This document shows, one piece after another, positions 59,111 to 64,000 of a stretch of 64,000 bases of DNA. Made by a program: the position numbers and the translations under genes. The notes beneath the pieces were generated by a model. That model did no database searches. It had not been told where the DNA came from and saw only the letters and a list, made by a program, of their open reading frames with translations. Where the stretch lies: NCBI GenBank assembly GCA_000146465.1, contig CP001951.1. The stretch is one strand, 5' to 3'. Within the stretch, counting starts at the first letter, position 1; every line of letters starts with the position of its first letter.

Positions 59111-61759
59111 TTATTCATCGAAGAATCCATTCAGAACCCTTTCGGTTTCCAGAATCTCCTCCATCTTCTCGTTATACCTTCTCCTCCCAGCCTCCACAAT
59201 GCTGTCTGCAATCCTTGTCAGAGAATGGTCTTCTCCATTGTATTTTCTGCAGTTGCTACGCATAAGCTCCAAATCGTCCAGAAACTCGTTGAATTTCCTA
59301 TACTTGTTGTGTCTGGCCTTTGTTTTGATTGTTGTTAGGTCAATTGGGTTGTCCACAATCAAGGGATAGTCTGGAAATTTCTTGATAGACACAGGCCTAT
59401 GGAATGCAATAGAATATGGAATCTGAAAGAACTGAGCAAGAAGATCCAGCATGATCTCCTGCAGATACACTCTGGCTTTTCTTTTTTCCGCTTCAATCTT
59501 CTTCTTCGTCATCTTTGCTGCAGATGCAAACTTAGGACATGCCTTGTTCGTCTTCATATGCCCCACTTGTCCACAGCTTCCACATGTCAGCACTCCCTTC
59601 CTTTCCTCGGATATTTTCTTCTTCCGTGCCTTCAAATACGCCTTGATAACACGAGGATCAGAAATCCTTTCAGTTTCTACATAGGAAGATTCCCCCTCCC
59701 CGTAAGTACGTCTAATAGTAAGGAATGTCTCTTCAGACAGCACCGTTGTCTCACTCGCCACATCTGTATTTCTTCTTCCTTCTTTATGTCTCCGGGCAAG
59801 GAAGGAATCATTAAATGGAATCTCTTCAACAGAGCTTAGAGATGCAAGCTGCTTGTTCCATATCCTGTCGATCTCTTCCTTGTATCTTAGCTGATGCTCG
59901 TTAATGATCTTCCGGTTTTCAACCTCGTTCCCTCTCTTAAGCCTGATCTTTCTAAAGCTAAACCCTTCTCCAATCCCCGTGGGGTCTCCAGGCCCGCTCA
60001 ACTCAAGAAGACCTCTTCCGTTGCATGCATTTACAAAGTTCCGGCTGAGGCACCATGGAGGCGGAACCATCTCCTCCTCATTTTCCTCATCGTCACTTTC
60101 GACAACCATTTTGTATCCCGAGTCCTGGAGTTTTCTTTCCCCTGCCAACATGCTCTCGTATTGGCATATGTTCTCGGGAGTAACAAGCTTTCTGAGATCT
60201 TCTTCTCCAAGCAATGCAGAGCTCGGCCTCAGAACCCATACATTATCTCGTCCTTTCTTAACACAGTCTGCATACTCCTTCAGCCACTTTCTCTTGCTAC
60301 CCTCGCTGAAATAAGGAAACATTTCGTCCAGCTGCGAAATCCTCAGCTCCTTGCTTCCCCCCACCTTGCTGTTGAACAAGCGGAATGCTGCAACCTTAAG
60401 TCTGTTTTTGCAGAATATATTGAGCTTTCTAGAATGCGGTGCATAAACCTCCTCCAGTGGAAACTGCTGCCCTACACAATAGAGATTGTCAATGTTTCTG
60501 TACGTCAGGAACTCCCCATCAGCCGATGACTCCACAATGCACAAGTAGTCTCTGGAGCTGTGTTTGAAAACAGGTGCAATGAACAAGTTGTTTGTGATGG
60601 CCTGTATAGATGTCCCAGGCATGACATCTCCAAACCCAGAGAATGGAGAAGGATCCTCGGGGTCCAGAATAGTGTATTGTGACTGGTCAGGCGCATACTC
60701 GTCTCTTACATTACTCTTTCTATAATAGATATTGAGTAGACTCACCATCCCCGGATTCACAAGGAAAAACGGTTCCTCCTCAGAATATTCAAACAGCGAG
60801 AACGGGCCTCCATCCTTGATTGTTAGCTCTCCCGCTTTCTTTATGATGCTTTGCCCTTTTCCCCTGTTGCCTTCCACTGCTTTGAACCTTATACCACTGC
60901 CATTTACCATAAATCTTGGCCTATGGAAGTTCCTAAGCTCCTCCCTTGTATGATTGTTTTTGTAAAACATCGGATCTAGTCGCAACGCAGGAAGAGAATG
61001 CTGAACCCCAAACGTCCCCAGGCTGTTCTTTGTCCTCGACTCCTGTCCATAATACTTGTCAAGTGAAATATTATACTTTCCCTTCAGAGGTTTGTCCACA
61101 GAAAATACCTCTTTCTGTTTCTTCTTGGGCTTTCCTTGCTTCTTCTCGTCCACCTTTTCGAAGATTAAGTTGGGGTCCTCCAAATAGAGTGTGAGAAACG
61201 ATTTGTAGTTCTTCATGTCGTTCTCATCCACAACCACGTACTTTTCCCAGTCTTCCTCCAGAATACTGTCCACCAGCTCCATGGTAACCGTATCAGAAGT
61301 CCCCAAACTTCCAATCTTGTCGGTGTCGTAGACTACATCGTTCTCCCATTCCACCAAATCAAAAGGATACTTGATCTCCTCAACCCTCTCCAAGACATCC
61401 TTGGAAACTTTCCGCTTCAAAATCTCTTTCTCAAGCTGCTTTCTCTTGAGATACTGCTTCAGTCCCGTGCTTCTTGTGGATCCTGAAAGAGCTTGAAGTG
61501 TTGTGTTGCTATCCCTTGCATATGTCATGCTGTTTCTGAACTTGCCCTGGTCATCCACTTCATAGCTCATCGACTCGTTCGGAACCTTCCGCCCTTTATA
61601 CTTCCTAAGCTTGTATTCATAGGACTTCTCAATCACCAGCAGGTCTAGAAACCCCACATTTGCAGGCCTTGTCTCCAAAGTCTCATCCCCGTCTTCCGTA
61701 GTTCTCCTTTCTCCACCCTGTGCTACCTTCCTCGAGCAGTTGTCAAACTCAGTCTGCAT
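59111..61759 (-). CDS. TAF1: TFIID subunit TAF1-like (central TAF7-interaction domain, zinc knuckle, C-terminal bromodomain)
   Basis: Zinc knuckle CGSCGQVGHMKTNKACPKF. The C-terminal bromodomain reads FHRPVSIKKFPDYPLIVDNPIDLTTIKTKARHNKYRKFNEFLDDLELMRSNCRKYNG. The track start at 61822 is a TTG. The first ATG at 61759 is preceded by catccccc. Confidence 0.8.
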   Translation of the reverse strand: MQTEFDNCSRKVAQGGERRTTEDGDETLETRPANVGFLDLLVIEKSYEYKLRKYKGRKVPNESMSYEVDDQGKFRNSMTYARDSNTTLQALSGSTRSTGLKQYLKRKQLEKEILKRKVSKDVLERVEEIKYPFDLVEWENDVVYDTDKIGSLGTSDTVTMELVDSILEEDWEKYVVVDENDMKNYKSFLTLYLEDPNLIFEKVDEKKQGKPKKKQKEVFSVDKPLKGKYNISLDKYYGQESRTKNSLGTFGVQHSLPALRLDPMFYKNNHTREELRNFHRPRFMVNGSGIRFKAVEGNRGKGQSIIKKAGELTIKDGGPFSLFEYSEEEPFFLVNPGMVSLLNIYYRKSNVRDEYAPDQSQYTILDPEDPSPFSGFGDVMPGTSIQAITNNLFIAPVFKHSSRDYLCIVESSADGEFLTYRNIDNLYCVGQQFPLEEVYAPHSRKLNIFCKNRLKVAAFRLFNSKVGGSKELRISQLDEMFPYFSEGSKRKWLKEYADCVKKGRDNVWVLRPSSALLGEEDLRKLVTPENICQYESMLAGERKLQDSGYKMVVESDDEENEEEMVPPPWCLSRNFVNACNGRGLLELSGPGDPTGIGEGFSFRKIRLKRGNEVENRKIINEHQLRYKEEIDRIWNKQLASLSSVEEIPFNDSFLARRHKEGRRNTDVASETTVLSEETFLTIRRTYGEGESSYVETERISDPRVIKAYLKARKKKISEERKGVLTCGSCGQVGHMKTNKACPKFASAAKMTKKKIEAEKRKARVYLQEIMLDLLAQFFQIPYSIAFHRPVSIKKFPDYPLIVDNPIDLTTIKTKARHNKYRKFNEFLDDLELMRSNCRKYNGEDHSLTRIADSIVEAGRRRYNEKMEEILETERVLNGFFDE

Positions 61760-61836
61760 TCCTGGATGTTTAGGGGGATGTCTTTCAATTCCGAATCGAT
61801 GGAGAAGCAGATGTTTTTTCAAAGTAGGGGCCCCTC

Positions 61837-62382
61837 ATGAGTATCTCCGGCCCTCAAGACATTCCCCAGGAATACATAAACAACGAGAATCCTTTTGCAT
61901 ACATGAAGGAATACTTTGAAAATCCATTTTTGGATCCAGAGATCAAGCTTCGCCTCAATGCTTTGCAGCAGATGCAGCCTCGGTTTGTTCCTCTTGGAAT
62001 CAACGGTTCAGTACTCAAGGCAGAGCAGGCAGCCAAAACTAAAGCCATAGTCGAGTCCCAGATAGAGAGATTACTCCAAGAAGGAATGAGTCTAATAAAC
62101 AGCACCGATCCAGAAAGAGAGGCTGTTTTGAAGAGCAATGCCAACGACCCAAGAATCCTTGATATCTTGATTAGCATAGGTAGGCTGAAGCTCTTGAGTA
62201 ATCAGGAGAAGCTTAGAGAAAAGGTTTATTGTGCTTTGAAGAGCACGATCCCATCCGATGTGGTGGAGTCCGTTGACTATTCCTCTCCTTTGAAAGAAGA
62301 CTACCTCTTGGGTGCAATGGAGTATGGGGAACTGGAGGAGAAGTCCAATAAGACAGAGCCGTTGCCATCCCCAAACTATTAA
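61837..62382 (+). CDS. hypothetical protein
   Basis: 181-aa ORF. ATG is preceded by ggggcccctc. Divergent from TAF1. No recognisable domain. Confidence 0.5.
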   Translation: MSISGPQDIPQEYINNENPFAYMKEYFENPFLDPEIKLRLNALQQMQPRFVPLGINGSVLKAEQAAKTKAIVESQIERLLQEGMSLINSTDPEREAVLKSNANDPRILDILISIGRLKLLSNQEKLREKVYCALKSTIPSDVVESVDYSSPLKEDYLLGAMEYGELEEKSNKTEPLPSPNY

Positions 62383-62386
62383 ATCT

Positions 62387-63451
62387 TCAGATGTATCTCT
62401 TTTCGTTGAGCACACACATCGATGCTGCCACAAACCCTTCTAGATGATATATACTTTTCATTCCAAGCCTTATCCTCTCCTCATACTTCAAAGCATGGCG
62501 TGACAGGAGAAGAAACGTCTTGAAGTCCTCCCCAAGAACAAGGTTGCGCAGTAGCCCGATAAGAATGGTCCTGGGAGATATGCATGTGTTCAGAAGTGCA
62601 TACAGACTCTTTCTAATTTCAACCAGTCCTTCCGATGTCGGATTACGCTTAATGACTCCTGCCATCGACCCCACTTCTATTTCCCAATCAAGCTTCATTG
62701 CCTTACAGTTGTTCTTCGGCCTTTTTGCTTCCTTCTCGTTCATGTTAAAGCAAAACAGCTCGAGAATGCAGAGAGCCCTCCTCATGTTTCCCTCCGACTC
62801 TCTACATATCTCTTCAAGTGTTTCCTCCGGGACAGTATAGTTTTCCTTTTCCAGTATCCTACGCATGTTAGACATAATATCTTCGTCGGAAAAGCCTGGG
62901 ATTCTCAAGAAGAAGCATCTGCTTCTTATTGGCTCTATCAGCCTTGAGAGTTCGTTACACATCAATACGACACGGAGAACATTACTGTACATTTCAATTG
63001 TTCTTCTGAGGGCTGCTTGTGCCTCCAGGCTCAACTCTTCCGCAGATGTTATAACAATGAGCTTGATTGGGGTTCTTTTAGCTCTTGAAAGCATCGACAG
63101 TATAGGTTTTGTCTGCCCCATCTCCTTAATGATGTTTTGGATGACAGCCTTGTCGTGATGCCCGTACTGGGATGGAGATATCTCGACATACTCGTCAGAC
63201 TCCATGTACGACACCTCAATCTTTTTGGTTCCGCTTAGAACCTCAACCGTCCTTATCTTTGGCTCAGAGTTTCCTCCATACAAATGGTTTATCAGACACA
63301 GGAGAGTGGTTTTCTTTCCGTGCCCAGACTTCCCATGTAGTATCATGTGAGGAATTGTCTCCAGAGTATAACTTTTCAAGAGGCTCGAGATCTTGTCCCG
63401 TCCAACCACCTTATCAAACGACGTTGGCCTATACTTTTCAATCCATATCAT
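62387..63451 (-). CDS. RFC5: replication factor C small subunit (yeast RFC5 / human RFC3 type)
   Basis: RFC box II MIWIEKYRP and a degenerate P-loop LHGKSGHGKKT as in Rfc5. The SRC motif IRSRC is present, and the C-terminus FHLEGFVAASMCVL matches Rfc5 FHLEGFIAKVMCCL. The track start at 63469 is a TTG, and the first ATG is at 63451. Confidence 0.9.
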   Translation of the reverse strand: MIWIEKYRPTSFDKVVGRDKISSLLKSYTLETIPHMILHGKSGHGKKTTLLCLINHLYGGNSEPKIRTVEVLSGTKKIEVSYMESDEYVEISPSQYGHHDKAVIQNIIKEMGQTKPILSMLSRAKRTPIKLIVITSAEELSLEAQAALRRTIEMYSNVLRVVLMCNELSRLIEPIRSRCFFLRIPGFSDEDIMSNMRRILEKENYTVPEETLEEICRESEGNMRRALCILELFCFNMNEKEAKRPKNNCKAMKLDWEIEVGSMAGVIKRNPTSEGLVEIRKSLYALLNTCISPRTILIGLLRNLVLGEDFKTFLLLSRHALKYEERIRLGMKSIYHLEGFVAASMCVLNEKRYI

Positions 63452-63587
63452 CTGGGGTGCATGTTCCAAGAGACCTTTTATCTAAGTATATGGTCGGGTA
63501 CCTTCTGGATTGACTGTTCCTTTACACTCTCTTCTGACACTTCTCTAAAGACGGGCTTCAGATTTCTATGCAGTAAAATACAAGTCC

Positions 63588-64000
63588 ATGGACTTTGAGA
63601 GTAAAGACAGGAGATATGGAGATCTTCCCGGGAGACAGACAAAGATTTTCATGAAAAATGAAATTTCCGACGGAGACAGTGCAGCAATAGAAAACACAAG
63701 CAGACAAATTCCCCACAGTGAGTTCGAGGCTTTTCTTAAAGATTATTTTGCAGAAGCAGACGAGAAGAAGTTTAATCAGACTGTTTTAAGGACGCCTTTA
63801 GACGAGGAATGGCTTGAGGAGATAGTTGGGAAGGAGACTGAATGTGCAAGAGAGGCCATGATAAAGGGTCTTATGGGATGTCTTATAGACGAAGGAGATA
63901 TTCTTAATGGCTTTTCCGAAGTTCTGGAGGAGGAAGGATCTGCAGAAATGGAAGTGGAAGACTGTATTGAGGTGGAGAAGACTCTAAGATCCTTTTCCCT
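63588..64000 (+). CDS. hypothetical protein, 5-prime partial (runs off the window end)
   Basis: Open frame from the ATG at 63588 to the window end, giving MDFESKDRRYGDLPGRQTKIFMKNEISDGDSAAIENTSRQIPHSEFEAFLKDYFAEADEKKFNQ... Acidic helical segments could belong to an MA3/MIF4G/W2-type domain. It is absent from the ORF track because there is no stop codon. Confidence 0.4.
   Translation, partial: MDFESKDRRYGDLPGRQTKIFMKNEISDGDSAAIENTSRQIPHSEFEAFLKDYFAEADEKKFNQTVLRTPLDEEWLEEIVGKETECAREAMIKGLMGCLIDEGDILNGFSEVLEEEGSAEMEVEDCIEVEKTLRSFS

Overview
This window is a gene-dense, intron-poor segment of a eukaryotic genome, almost certainly a microsporidian chromosome of the Encephalitozoon type. I found about 45 protein-coding genes, most under 1.5 kb, separated by spacers of roughly 0 to 320 bp on both strands, plus one tRNA-Pro(CGG). 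I saw no transposons, CRISPR arrays or large repeats.

The genes are mostly eukaryotic housekeeping functions:
- Translation and ribosome biogenesis: RPS23, NIP7, eIF2B-epsilon, and four RNA helicases (DEAD-box DBP8-like and SPB4-like, a DEAH-box DHR1-like, plus one more DEAD-box).
- DNA replication and repair: RPA1, an RFC small subunit, MSH6, UNG, and the histone acetyltransferase ESA1.
- Transcription and RNA processing: TAF1, the Ecm1-type mRNA cap methyltransferase, and PRP38.
- Protein turnover and folding: RPN10, a proteasome alpha subunit, CCT-eta, and MetAP2.
- Cytoskeleton and trafficking: a reduced dynein heavy chain, cofilin, a Rho GTPase, an importin-beta family receptor, and an AKR1-type DHHC palmitoyltransferase.
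- Metabolism and signalling: HMG-CoA synthase, an SDR reductase, FHIT, and a VPS34-like PI3K.

The accessory-looking content is three paralogous bacterial-type ATP/ADP (NTT/TLC) nucleotide transporters within about 16 kb. From memory this order matches E. cuniculi chromosome X around NTT2, HMGCS, NTT3, UNG and NTT4. There is also an MscS-like channel, a Tim50-like mitosomal import protein, and roughly ten lineage-specific hypothetical proteins.

The observations most worth a second look are:
- A possible split or frameshifted dynein heavy chain, where a 501-aa ORF abuts the motor ORF across a GAGAAAGAAAGAAAC tract.
- An AGC-family pseudokinase in which every catalytic residue is substituted.
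- A candidate box C/D snoRNA in a convergent spacer.
- A degenerate RecA-fold (Rad51-paralog-like) protein.
- A PI3K with DRN/DFS substitutions.
- A C-rich motif recurring just upstream of start codons.

The supplied ORF track marks TTG and GTG codons as M, so I moved several N-termini to the first downstream ATG. At three places my position count differed from the track by 1 nt, so coordinates there may be off by one.
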